From the NCBI GenBank assembly GCA_050015515.1, contig JBEKBG010000002.1:18777-82776 (forward strand): a stretch of 64,000 nucleotides of DNA. Direction: 5' to 3'. The DNA is from Minisyncoccia bacterium. GTDB lineage: Bacteria > Patescibacteriota > Minisyncoccia > UBA6257 > 2-01-FULL-56-20. The notes beneath the pieces were generated by a model, which worked only from the letters and a program-made list of their open reading frames with translations, made no database searches and had not been told where the DNA came from. The number at the start of each line of letters is the position of its first letter. The first letter of the stretch is position 1. Made by a program: the position numbers and the translations under genes. Shown here piece by piece: positions 9,252 to 18,088 of this stretch.

Positions 9252-9397
9252 CCCATCAAGAGAGTGGAGATGCTAAGGGATCTGGCCCGATGCTCCGCCC
9301 GCAACCGATCGACGATTCGACACGGTGCGAAATCCAACCCTTCACGGGGAAGATGCTTCTTTTAGATCAACTGCCGTGTAGGCGGTTGTTTTTTTGC
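9252..9397 (+). promoter_or_regulatory. SAM-I (S-box) riboswitch with intrinsic terminator, upstream of metK
   Basis: CCATCAAGAGAGTGGAG..GGGATCTGGCCCGATG..CCGCCCGCAACC..GGTGCGAAATCC..GGGGAAGATGC matches S-box conserved blocks (ATCAAGAGAGG, GGGAYTGGCCCGATGA, GCAACC, GGTGC.AATTCC, GAAGATG); terminator CAACTGCC-GTGTA-GGCGGTTG plus T7. Confidence 0.8.
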
Positions 9398-9455
9398 TCT
9401 TTTACAACTTGGGTCGAAAAGCTGGGTTACCAATTAATTAATCAATCAAACTATT

Positions 9456-10409
9456 ATGATAAAAACTGCGGAGTTTGTTTCGCCTCGGCATCCGGATAAA
9501 TTGTGCGACCTCATTGCGGATTCACTGCTCGATGCGTATCTGGCGGGGGATCCAAAGAGCCGCGTGGCGGCGGAGGTGATGGGTGGCCATGGGCACGTCA
9601 CGATCTCGGGGGAAGTGACGAGCGCGGCGTCGGTGGATATTCCAATTGTCGTGCGTTCCGTGCTGGGCTATGATGCGGCGGTGCATGCGTATCTTGTGCG
9701 GCAGAGTCCGGAGATCGCGCAGGGCGTGGATACGGGCGGCGCGGGAGATCAGGGCATTATGATCGGCTATGCCACGCGGGAGACGCCGTCGTTCCTACCG
9801 TTGGAATATGTGTTGGCGCGGGAGCTGTGCCGGAAGTTGTATGCCGTGTATCCGTATGACGGGAAGACGCAGGTAACGGTGGATGGTGATCGCGTGACAT
9901 GCGTCGTCGCAAGCTTTCAGAACGCTCCATCTGCCGCGCTTGAGGCGCTTGTGCGCGCATCCATAGTGGCGGACGAGTATCTGGTGAATCCCGCGGGCGA
10001 ATGGTCGCTCGGCGGCTTCGATGCGGATTCGGGGATCTCCGGGCGCAAGATCGTGATCGATAATTACGGGCCGGAGATCGGCGTGGGCGGCGGATCGTTC
10101 TCGGGCAAGGATCTCACCAAAGTGGATCGGTCGGGCGCATACATCGCGCGGCGCATCGCGGTGGATTACCTGGCGCGATTTTCGTCCGCGCGGGCGGTGC
10201 GTGTAAAGCTCGCGTACGCCATTGGCAAGCCACAGCCCGTCATGGCCGTGGCGGAATTAAGCGAGGGTTCCGGCGGTGTTCGCGTTGTGCCCGTTTCTGA
10301 TTACGACCTTACTCCTTCCGGCATCGCCACGCTTTTGAAGTTCTCTTCCGTGCGCTGGGCCGACACCGCCGCGTGGGGACACTTTGGGAGGGAGTTCAGC
10401 TGGGGATAG
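9456..10409 (+). CDS. metK: S-adenosylmethionine synthetase (short form, 317 aa)
   Basis: HPDK near N-terminus, GAGDQG, GGGSFSGKD..KVDRSGAY, GHFGR motifs. Confidence 0.85.
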   Translation: MIKTAEFVSPRHPDKLCDLIADSLLDAYLAGDPKSRVAAEVMGGHGHVTISGEVTSAASVDIPIVVRSVLGYDAAVHAYLVRQSPEIAQGVDTGGAGDQGIMIGYATRETPSFLPLEYVLARELCRKLYAVYPYDGKTQVTVDGDRVTCVVASFQNAPSAALEALVRASIVADEYLVNPAGEWSLGGFDADSGISGRKIVIDNYGPEIGVGGGSFSGKDLTKVDRSGAYIARRIAVDYLARFSSARAVRVKLAYAIGKPQPVMAVAELSEGSGGVRVVPVSDYDLTPSGIATLLKFSSVRWADTAAWGHFGREFSWG

Positions 10410-10450
10410 TGCCAGCTACTGTCGGAGATTAAAAAAATATTAAAAAAGTT

Positions 10451-10479
10451 TTGACTTTGGCGTTGAATTGCTTAGAATA
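10451..10479 (+). promoter_or_regulatory. consensus promoter TTGACT-N17-TAGAAT for sRNA 10486..10570
   Basis: TTGACT 10451-10456, TAGAAT 10474-10479. Confidence 0.55.
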
Positions 10480-10485
10480 GAAACA

Positions 10486-10570
10486 TGCTCGTAGGGCGTC
10501 GGCAGCTCCTGCCCAATCGGCTCACGCTGGTAGCGAGCATATCAAATAACCGTCACATGGCGGTTTTTTG
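10486..10570 (+). ncRNA. candidate convergent small RNA overlapping the 3' end of 10553..10963
   Basis: About 85-nt transcript with nested stems (ATGCTCG…CGAGCAT), terminator hairpin AACCG-TCACATGG-CGGTT plus TTTTTT (10565-10570); overlaps the last 18 nt of the minus-strand gene. Confidence 0.35.
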
Positions 10571-10963
10571 ATTCTTTGGTTTTGTATCATAAATACTGAA
10601 GAAATGTTTTTCTTTGCCTTCGATTTGCCTTAAGACGATCGTGATCGTGGCATCGCCATATGTCTTGGTCAGTTTCCAGAAATCGGCGTGCGGTTTCTTT
10701 ATCACCGCCATGTCGTGCCGTTTTGAGAAATGGACAGTTTCTCCTTCCCCATGAGAAATTTTTACCTCTTGGCTTTCAATAATTTCTTTCGCATAAGGCA
10801 GGAGACGAAGCCTTCTCGCTTGCTCTCGCAGTGAACGCCGCTTCCCATTTTTCCGCATAAGATGTTGGATTCCGGCATTGGTAAAAGCAACATAGTCGTT
10901 CAGCGCCGAACACCAAACGCGGCCGACATTTTTATAAGAATCTCCTATGTTTTTATCCTCCAT
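10553..10963 (-). CDS. hypothetical protein, paralog of 3749..4174
   Basis: 136-aa basic protein sharing VW..LN..F..AG..HLM.K.GKRR…FW…IVLRQ…KHFFSI with the first copy. Confidence 0.6.
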   Translation of the reverse strand: MEDKNIGDSYKNVGRVWCSALNDYVAFTNAGIQHLMRKNGKRRSLREQARRLRLLPYAKEIIESQEVKISHGEGETVHFSKRHDMAVIKKPHADFWKLTKTYGDATITIVLRQIEGKEKHFFSIYDTKPKNQKTAM

Positions 10964-11028
10964 TCGGCCACGATAGCAGGAAGGGGATTAAGAGAATCTT
11001 AAAAGCGTTATAATAAATACACACATCC

Positions 11029-11496
11029 ATGCACCTCTCCTATATCCTTATCCCGCTTGTTACGATCCTCGTCGCTTTTGTCGGCGGCCGGCTGACGGTG
11101 GCGTCGGTCAAGACGTGGTACGTTGGGTTGCGCAAGCCGTCGTGGACGCCGCCGGGCGCCGTGATCGGTACGGTGTGGACGGTGCTTTATATCCTCGCCG
11201 CGCTATCGGCGCTTATCGTTTGGAATCTTCCTGATGGCGCTTCGGTGCCGGCGATGATTGCCGTGCTCTTTTATTTGAACGCGGCGGTGAATGTTTTCTG
11301 GAGCTATGTGTTCTTTTACCTCCACAAGATGGGGCCGGCGATTTGGGTGTGCCTGTTCCTGGATATCACGATCATCCTGTTGATTCAGTTCATCGCGCCG
11401 ATTTCGCCGCTCGCCGCATGGCTTTTGGTTCCGTACGCGGCCTGGGTGACCTTTGCCTCGTATCTTAACTATCGGGTGTGGGAGATGAATCGGTAG
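11029..11496 (+). CDS. tspO: TspO/MBR family tryptophan-rich sensory protein
   Basis: WYVGLRKPSWTPPGAVIGTVWTVLYIL…LVPYAAWVTFASYLN; five TM helices; 155 aa. Confidence 0.8.
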   Translation: MHLSYILIPLVTILVAFVGGRLTVASVKTWYVGLRKPSWTPPGAVIGTVWTVLYILAALSALIVWNLPDGASVPAMIAVLFYLNAAVNVFWSYVFFYLHKMGPAIWVCLFLDITIILLIQFIAPISPLAAWLLVPYAAWVTFASYLNYRVWEMNR

Positions 11497-11707
11497 GCAT
11501 TTGATGTATTAAAGAAAGAAAAGCGCCGCAATGTCCATTTTACTTATCGAATTGCGGGGCAAGGACGATCAGGGTCTTCAATGACAATGATTTTTATCCC
11601 CAGTTTTGGCCGCCTTTTCCACAGCTTATTCACTTTGTTGGGGTTTTAAGGCGTTTTTTAGCGCTTTTAGGGCTTGACGAGATTTTTACACGGCGTATAT
11701 TTGTAAA

Positions 11708-12329
11708 CAGTAGTTTGAAATTGTTGGATGCGACCAAGAGAAATTCCGAAAGGAATTGTCACGGTTAGGTTCTTACCAAAAGAACAAAACTGTGACCGGA
11801 TCGAAAACATGGAACATGCAAGCGTTCAACCGTCTGACGGATGGAACGTCGAAGTATGATTCAAAGGATCGATCGGGACCTATTGGTCGAACAAAAAACA
11901 GGAAAGCGTGTAGTTCGCTAAAAGCTTCGGCTTAAAGCTGACGAAACGCAAGGTAAGCGGACAGTTCGGGTAACCGGACGAGGAAAGTCGAGTTCTGCAG
12001 GTTAAACCCCTGAGGAACAACGAATCCGCGGAAGATCTTTCCGTTCATCGCGCTGCGGCCCATGGCCACGCGCATCGAGCGAAAAGGATCTTTCCTTTCC
12101 ACCCTTCTGCCTTTGGGGTAGCTGAGTAACCCAAAATTTGATGGCGTTTACGCCATCGGGTTCAGAACGAAAGTTCTGTGTGCGGGAGATTCCTGTTTTT
12201 CCAACTTAAACTCAGGAGTACTTTGAGTGGCAGAAGCTTTGCTTCTTTCGAGAAGCAGATGCTTCTCCACTCAACGTATGACACCCCGGCCGGAGAGCGC
12301 ATTCATGCTCTCCGGCCACTCCTTTTTTT
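11708..12329 (+). ncRNA. ORF-free structured transcript of unknown identity (promoter at 11671-11700, terminator at 12288-12329)
   Basis: Promoter TTGACG-N16-TATATT; about 620 nt with no ORF longer than 68 aa; multiple GNRA/UUCG-capped hairpins (AAATTCC-GAAA-GGAATT, AAGC-UUCG-GCUU); terminator GGCCGGAGAGC-GCATTCAT-GCTCTCCGGCC followed by T7. Confidence 0.3.
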
Positions 12330-12337
12330 ATGGGGAT

Positions 12338-12366
12338 TTGACACGGCCGCCGGTTTCCCATACAAT
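12338..12366 (+). promoter_or_regulatory. tuf promoter TTGACA-N17-TACAAT with about 130-nt leader
   Basis: TTGACA 12338-12343, TACAAT 12361-12366; leader contains hairpin ACAGCT-CTTGA-AGCTGT-TTTTC. Confidence 0.55.
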
Positions 12367-12505
12367 TGCTTGGTAAATCCCTGAAGGGAAAAAAGAAAGT
12401 CACTTAGGTCGATTGGCTATAGATTTTCACAGCTCTTGAAGCTGTTTTTCTTCGGAATAGGGACGCTCACGCAGTATAAAAAATAAACATTAATTTTTAA
12501 AAAAT

Positions 12506-13705
12506 ATGGCAGAAAAAGAAAAGTTCGATCGGTCCAAGCCGCACCTTAACGTAGGTACGATTGGTCACGTCGATCATGGCAAGACCACGTTGACCGCGGC
12601 CATCACTCACGTGTTGTTCATGAAGGGCTGGACAAAAAAAGAAGAGAACGTAAATCAGATCGACAACGCTCCAGAAGAGAAGGCGCGTGGTATCACTATC
12701 GCGTTGCATCACTCGGAATATAATTCGGAGAAGCGCCACTACGCGCACGTGGATGCTCCGGGACACGCAGACTATATTAAGAACATGATCACCGGTGCCG
12801 CCCAGATGGACGGCGCGGTGCTCGTCGTCGCCGCGACCGACGGCCCGATGCCGCAGACGCGCGAGCACATCTTGCTCGCTCACCAGGTCGGTGTGCCGAA
12901 CATCATCGTGTTCCTCAATAAAGTTGATATGGTGGATGATCCGGAATTGATCGATCTCGTGGAATCCGAAGTTCGTGAGCTTCTCACGAAAAATGGATTT
13001 GACGGCGAACATGCGCCGGTCATCCGCGGTTCCGCATTGAAGGCATTGAACGCAACCTCGGCCGATTCTCCGGATGCCAAGCCGATCCTCGATCTCGTGA
13101 AGGCGATGGATGATTACTTCCCAGATCCGGTTCGCGAACTCGACAAGCCGTTTCTTATGCCGATCGAAGACATATTCTCGATTGAAGGCCGTGGCACGGT
13201 CGTCACGGGACGCATTGAGCGCGGCAAGGTGAAGGTGAACGAGGAAGTTGAGGTCGTTGGCCTTAAGCCGACCCAGAAGACCGTCGTCACCGGAATCGAA
13301 ATGTTCAACAAGAGTTTGGACGAAGGCCAGGCAGGCGATAACGCCGGTTTGCTCCTCCGCGGCCTCAAGAAAGAGGACGTGGAGCGCGGACAGGTTTTGG
13401 CCAAGCCGGGCAGCGTGACCCCGCACGCGGAGTTCGAAGGCGAGATCTATGTGCTTTCGAAAGAAGAGGGCGGCCGCCACTCTCCGTTCTTTAAGGGCTA
13501 CAAGCCGCAGTTCTACATCCGCACGACCGACGTGACGGGCGAGGTTACCCTTCCGGAAGGAATGGAAATGGTCATGCCGGGTGATACCGTCAAGATTACC
13601 GTCAAGCTTATCACCCCGGTCGCTTTGGAAGACAAGATGCGTTTCGCCATCCGCGAGGGAGGCAAGACCGTTGGCGCCGGCGTCGTGACCAAAATAATTA
13701 AGTAA
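12506..13705 (+). CDS. tuf: elongation factor Tu
   Basis: [27 protein letters not shown]; 399 aa; AT-rich upstream with no SD. Confidence 0.97.
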   Translation: MAEKEKFDRSKPHLNVGTIGHVDHGKTTLTAAITHVLFMKGWTKKEENVNQIDNAPEEKARGITIALHHSEYNSEKRHYAHVDAPGHADYIKNMITGAAQMDGAVLVVAATDGPMPQTREHILLAHQVGVPNIIVFLNKVDMVDDPELIDLVESEVRELLTKNGFDGEHAPVIRGSALKALNATSADSPDAKPILDLVKAMDDYFPDPVRELDKPFLMPIEDIFSIEGRGTVVTGRIERGKVKVNEEVEVVGLKPTQKTVVTGIEMFNKSLDEGQAGDNAGLLLRGLKKEDVERGQVLAKPGSVTPHAEFEGEIYVLSKEEGGRHSPFFKGYKPQFYIRTTDVTGEVTLPEGMEMVMPGDTVKITVKLITPVALEDKMRFAIREGGKTVGAGVVTKIIK

Positions 13706-13816
13706 GCAACATAAAACCGCCTTACGGGGACGGGTCGCGGCCTGCTAGCCGCGCCCTAACGCTCGGCACCTTCGTGCCTCCGCGATTCCCCTTAAAGGCG
13801 GTTTTATATTGCTTAC
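13702..13816. repeat. long palindromic element, family 1 (divergent member) after tuf
   Basis: Arms GTAAGCAACATAAAACCGCCTT / AAGGCGGTTTTATATTGCTTAC include the tuf TAA; core has CGCGGCCTGCTAGCCGCG and GGCACCTTCGTGCC hairpins homologous to the family-1 core with compensatory changes. Confidence 0.75.
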
Positions 13817-13911
13817 GTTTTTAAATTTTGTCACGACGCCGCGCGTCTCCGGTTCTCTTCGGGAGGTGTTTTTGTTCGAGTGTTGAGGAGATACTCGGGC
13901 CTGAGCGACAT

Positions 13912-14316
13912 ATGTGGTATTATAGATTCATGCAAATAATTGGAATTATTGCAGTCGTCCTTCTTGTTGGGATCTTCATTGTATTTATAAAGCAAAGTAC
14001 TAATAACTATTCCAAAATTTCTTTGGTTGGTGCCTTGATCGTATCTTTGGGGTTGATAGCTTCCGGATCTGGTGCATCAAACGTCATTCCGACAAGTTTG
14101 GCATTCGTATTTTTTGCGATCTTAATCATTTCCTTATTGGCTATGGTTATATTCGCCGTCGTGGGTGCAATAACGGATCCAAGAATTTCAAAGGAGGGGA
14201 CGTTGCCTATTATTTGGAATAAGATCATTCCCATAGGAATAGCAGCGGCCCTCTTACTTGTTATAGGACTCTTTCTTTATTTGATATTTATCGTTGGAAC
14301 GGCATTCAGGGGATAG
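13912..14316 (+). CDS. hypothetical multi-TM membrane protein
   Basis: MWYYRFMQIIGIIAVVLLVGIFIVFI… four hydrophobic segments; start chosen at internal ATG 13912. Confidence 0.4.
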   Translation: MWYYRFMQIIGIIAVVLLVGIFIVFIKQSTNNYSKISLVGALIVSLGLIASGSGASNVIPTSLAFVFFAILIISLLAMVIFAVVGAITDPRISKEGTLPIIWNKIIPIGIAAALLLVIGLFLYLIFIVGTAFRG

Positions 14317-14353
14317 CTTGAGTGATTTGAACTTGGTCCAATGCTCCGCATAA

Positions 14354-14379
14354 ACAAAAAACCCGTTGCCGGGTTTTTT
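14354..14379. terminator. bidirectional intrinsic terminator
   Basis: AAAAAAA-CCCG-TTGC-CGGG-TTTTTT. Confidence 0.6.
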
Positions 14380-14721
14380 GCGGATCCAAACATAATGCTG
14401 CGTGGTCCGAGGTGACACCATAACCATGATAACAATCCCAAAATATTCGTCAAAACATTTTTAATCTTTATTTAATGTTTTTATTACCGTTGCGCGGGGG
14501 TGCGAGGACTTGCGCCTCGTGGATCCATAGCGTCACCTCGGACCCAGCACTATGCCACCCCCGCTGCAGTCTATAAAATAGTGCATTAAAACTGTCTAAA
14601 GTCATCTGCGGCTTCACTTTTCGTCACGATGTCGTGTACCTCTATAGAATGCTTTTAAGGTTGATTTTAAAATGGGTTCAAGATAGCTTATAGGTAGTTC
14701 TACGAAACGAAAAGGAGTTAT

Positions 14722-15981
14722 ATGGGACAGAGACCCAGAAACGTTGCTTTGCTGGGATTTGGTACGGTGGGCTCCTGTGTGGCCCGCATTCTGATGGAGC
14801 GTTCGGATCTGTCGGAATATATCCGGTTGACGCATATCTTCAACCGGAAGGTTGAACGGAAACGCGTTGATTGGGCGTCGAAGTCCGTTATTTGGACGGA
14901 GGATATCGATGCGGTCTTCGCATCAAAGCCGGACGTCGTCATTGAACTTGTCGGTGACGTGAATTCCGCGGAAGCGTGGATCCGCAGGGCGTTGCTCCTG
15001 GGGATGGACGTGGTTACCGCCAATAAGGCGCTTCTCGCCACCAAGGCCCCGGAGCTTCTCCGTCTGGCGACCGAGCATCATGCGCGGCTTTCTTTTGAAG
15101 CAGCGGTAGGCGGCGGGATACCGATCATACGGGGTATCCATGAAGGATTGGCGGGGGATACGTTCACCGGCGTGGTCGGCATCCTTAATGGGACATGTAA
15201 TTATATTCTGAGCCGTATGGCCGCGACGGGCGAATCGATGGACCTCGTCCTCAACGAGGCCAAGAGTTTAGGGTTCGCCGAAGCCGATCCAACCGCCGAT
15301 GTGGATGGCCATGATGCCGCTGCGAAGCTCGTACTATTGGTCGGTGTCTCGTTCAAACGGCATCTGCCGCTGGCCCACGTCAATCCCCGGTCTATCAGGG
15401 GAGTGGCCGATGTGGATTTCAAATACGCCCGCGAACTTGGATATACCATCCGTCAGCTGTCGTGTGTACAAAAACAAGAAGATGGATTTTGTGCCTTCGT
15501 GGGTCCGGCATTGGTCTCGCTCGCTTCCGCTTTTGCGGGGAACGAGGGGGCCAATAATCTGGTCACGACGATGGGTGCGCACGGCGGTAGAAATAATTTC
15601 CAAGGTGCCGGCGCGGGAGGAGATCCGACCGCGGTAGCGGTCGTATCCGATCTGATCGCGTTATTGCGTAACGGCCAAAACGTTCCGGAAGAAGATCTCT
15701 GGAACCCGGGATGCATCATCGCTTCGCCGTCGCGGGAGTACTATCTCCGCTTTGTGGTAAAGGATCGGCCCGGTATCGTTGCGGCCATCACCTCTGCGCT
15801 TTCAACACAAAGCATCAACATCGGCGCAGTCGTCCAATTGCCGGGATATCCGAAAGACCATCTGTCGTTCGTCGTAACGGTCGAGGCATGCGAGGAGAAT
15901 ACACTCGAGAGAGCGCTGGAGGAAATCGGCACAATGGATTTCCACGCACAAACGCCACTCGTGCTTCCGATCTGGAATTGA
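14722..15981 (+). CDS. hom: homoserine dehydrogenase
   Basis: N-terminal NAD-binding LLGFGTVGS, central catalytic domain (VVTANKALLAT), C-terminal ACT domain; AAGGAG 6 nt upstream. Confidence 0.9.
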   Translation: MGQRPRNVALLGFGTVGSCVARILMERSDLSEYIRLTHIFNRKVERKRVDWASKSVIWTEDIDAVFASKPDVVIELVGDVNSAEAWIRRALLLGMDVVTANKALLATKAPELLRLATEHHARLSFEAAVGGGIPIIRGIHEGLAGDTFTGVVGILNGTCNYILSRMAATGESMDLVLNEAKSLGFAEADPTADVDGHDAAAKLVLLVGVSFKRHLPLAHVNPRSIRGVADVDFKYARELGYTIRQLSCVQKQEDGFCAFVGPALVSLASAFAGNEGANNLVTTMGAHGGRNNFQGAGAGGDPTAVAVVSDLIALLRNGQNVPEEDLWNPGCIIASPSREYYLRFVVKDRPGIVAAITSALSTQSINIGAVVQLPGYPKDHLSFVVTVEACEENTLERALEEIGTMDFHAQTPLVLPIWN

Positions 15982-16102
15982 TGATGAACACGGCCCCGCG
16001 CGGAGAACTAACATTCCGCGCGGGGTTTTTCTTTTATGGATATCCCAATAAACCACGGGTTTGACACTTTCATGAAGTTTGCTATACTTTCTTGGTACTC
16101 AA

Positions 16103-16426
16103 ATGGCCAAAACAGACGTTCCCCAAAAACTGCGCTTGCGCATAAAGTCCTACGATCACAAACTGATCGACAATTCGGCACGCCAGATCATCGAGGCCGC
16201 CGAGCGGAACGATGCGAAAGTGACGGGGCCGATCCCGCTTCCCACGGAAGTAAAGCATTACACCGTCAACCGTTCGACCTTTGTCCACAAGGACGCTCGC
16301 GAGCAGTTCGAGCTCCGCATTCATAAGCGCCTCGTCGAAATATTGAATCCCAACCAGAAAATCATCGAATCACTTTCGAACCTGAATCTTCCTGCGGGCG
16401 TGGATATAGAAATAAAGATGGTTTAA
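16103..16426 (+). CDS. rpsJ: 30S ribosomal protein S10
   Basis: [23 protein letters not shown]…VTGPIPLPT; separated from rplC by a 3.9-kb insertion. Confidence 0.9.
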   Translation: MAKTDVPQKLRLRIKSYDHKLIDNSARQIIEAAERNDAKVTGPIPLPTEVKHYTVNRSTFVHKDAREQFELRIHKRLVEILNPNQKIIESLSNLNLPAGVDIEIKMV

Positions 16427-16507
16427 AACAAAAGCCCCCTCCTTTGCAAACGGAAATGCCACGTAGGAACGTGACCGTTTGCAAAGGAGGGGGCTTTTGT
16501 TTTAAAC
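16421..16507. repeat. long palindromic element, family 2, overlapping rpsJ stop
   Basis: Arms GTTTAAAACAAAAGCCCCCTCCTTTGCAAACGG / reverse complement (33 bp, perfect); arm contains GTT-TAA of rpsJ; core AAATGCCACGTAGGAACGTGA. Confidence 0.8.
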
Positions 16508-16693
16508 CGTGGACACCATAAGAAGAAGATTCAGAGAGCTTTACTGTCCATAAATGTTCGATCCCCGCGTCTCTTATGAAACACGGGGATCAGGGGAAAA
16601 TCCCGAATTGTTCCTTAATTGTATCGCGCCACCAGGATAAATCAAAAAGTTTTTAATAATTTTTTAATCTTTGAAAATGGTATAGTGAAGAAA

Positions 16694-17698
16694 ATGAAAG
16701 GATATATTGAGCATCCGGGGAAGGCGGTGGAGACGGGCGGAAAGTTCGAACACGTGATGGCGATTACGCTTGACCCGCGTTCGGGATATAAAAATGGCGT
16801 TATCCGATGCATCACGAATCGCTCCGGCGACGTGGAGACTTCCGGCTATATTGATAGAAGCGTGTTGCACAAAGTGAACGGAGATTCTTTGGAACATTTT
16901 GTTATTGGAGAACAGTTGGAAATTCACAGACAGGAGGAGATTATAAAAAAACTTAGCGTGGCAGGCCTCGATCTTCTTGGCCTAGAGGATCCCGATATTT
17001 GGATCGATGAGAAGGCCGGGCTGACACATCTGTATTTTACGATGCCATTCCATGACAGTAAGCCAGAGGATAATGGCCGTGTGCATCTTGGCCACGCCGT
17101 CGGTAAGGATCTCGATTCTTTGGAGATGACCATGCCGGTCTTGATGGGCGAAGTTCATAAAGCAGCGAAAGAACTTTCCATCGCGCCGGTCAATAAGCAT
17201 GGATTCCGTTTTAATCTCGTGGAATCTTCGATCAAGGAAAATGACTTTACCTATTCAACGGTGCGCGTCGCCGTCGCGGAAGATATGGGGAAGCCGTGGA
17301 AGTTCGGTGAGGCGGTATTCCATCCGAAAGAACAGAGCATTCCGTGGATTGGCGGTCACGCTTCGCCGGGGCCGTTGCTGCCCAAAGATTTCATCGATGT
17401 CGGCGAGGGGAAATTGCTGGGCATTATGAACGGCCGTGAAGCGAACCAGCGGGTGGGCGACGAGATAAAATATGGCATGTTCTCGGTCGGATTGTTCATC
17501 TACGATTACGAGCATGGGAAGATCGATTGGGTTTCGCCCGAGCCGTTCATTCGGGACAGCGAGGCGCGGACGATCACATTTGCGAGCCAGTTTGTGGAGC
17601 AGGGAAAGGGGAGCGGCATTCTCTACGCGCACGTGGACGATTCGTTCGTGCGGGCGTATACGCTGAACGCGGAGAAAATAAGGGAGTTGCTGCCGTAG
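16694..17698 (+). CDS. hypothetical protein (possible beta-propeller glycosidase/phosphorylase-like fold)
   Basis: 334-aa ORF from internal ATG 16694 (MKGYIEHPGK…); no definitive motif. Confidence 0.45.
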   Translation: MKGYIEHPGKAVETGGKFEHVMAITLDPRSGYKNGVIRCITNRSGDVETSGYIDRSVLHKVNGDSLEHFVIGEQLEIHRQEEIIKKLSVAGLDLLGLEDPDIWIDEKAGLTHLYFTMPFHDSKPEDNGRVHLGHAVGKDLDSLEMTMPVLMGEVHKAAKELSIAPVNKHGFRFNLVESSIKENDFTYSTVRVAVAEDMGKPWKFGEAVFHPKEQSIPWIGGHASPGPLLPKDFIDVGEGKLLGIMNGREANQRVGDEIKYGMFSVGLFIYDYEHGKIDWVSPEPFIRDSEARTITFASQFVEQGKGSGILYAHVDDSFVRAYTLNAEKIRELLP

Positions 17699-17745
17699 CT
17701 GTGGCCATAGGCATAGCGAGTTATTAAAAGATCATTAAAAAGTTT

Positions 17746-17773
17746 TTGACTTTATTTTTCTAACTTCTAAAAT
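17746..17773 (+). promoter_or_regulatory. promoter TTGACT-N16-TAAAAT, leaderless start at 17780
   Basis: -10 ends 17773, ATG 17780. Confidence 0.5.
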
Positions 17774-17779
17774 TGGGGG

Positions 17780-18058
17780 ATGATCAAAAAAGAAAATAAT
17801 AAGGATTCATCGGAGAGCGTTCTTTGCGCGCTAGGAAATTTGGATAAAAAATTTGATAAAAGATTCGATGCGGTTGATAAGCGGCTCGACATTCTCGAAG
17901 TGAGGATGGAAAATTTGGAAAGGTCTCATCGTAATACGGGCGTCCAGCTTGATAAGCTAGAACATAAATTTGACCTTTGTATTGAGGGATTTGGTGGACT
18001 GAACGAGCGAACTTCCAGGATCGAAGGAAGAGTTAGTATTCTTGAAGGGCTCGCATAG
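17780..18058 (+). CDS. small coiled-coil protein, hypothetical
   Basis: 92 aa with heptad repeats; similar in style to 2476..2691. Confidence 0.4.
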   Translation: MIKKENNKDSSESVLCALGNLDKKFDKRFDAVDKRLDILEVRMENLERSHRNTGVQLDKLEHKFDLCIEGFGGLNERTSRIEGRVSILEGLA

Positions 18059-18088
18059 TGTGGCTTTGGGCTGTGATATAATAGTGCT

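Noticed and set aside
11940-12010. GAGGAAAGTCGAG box suggesting RNase P RNA in the 11.7-12.3 kb ncRNA region
   Set aside because: The matching 3' P4 strand (ACAGAAnCCGGnUUA) lies only about 40 nt away and in the wrong order. A complete RNase P candidate exists at 44617-45054. This was also checked for tmRNA (no tRNA-like GGTTCGA...CCA end; candidate tag frame KNRKACSSLKASA is implausible) and SRP RNA (no GGAA/AGCA motifs).
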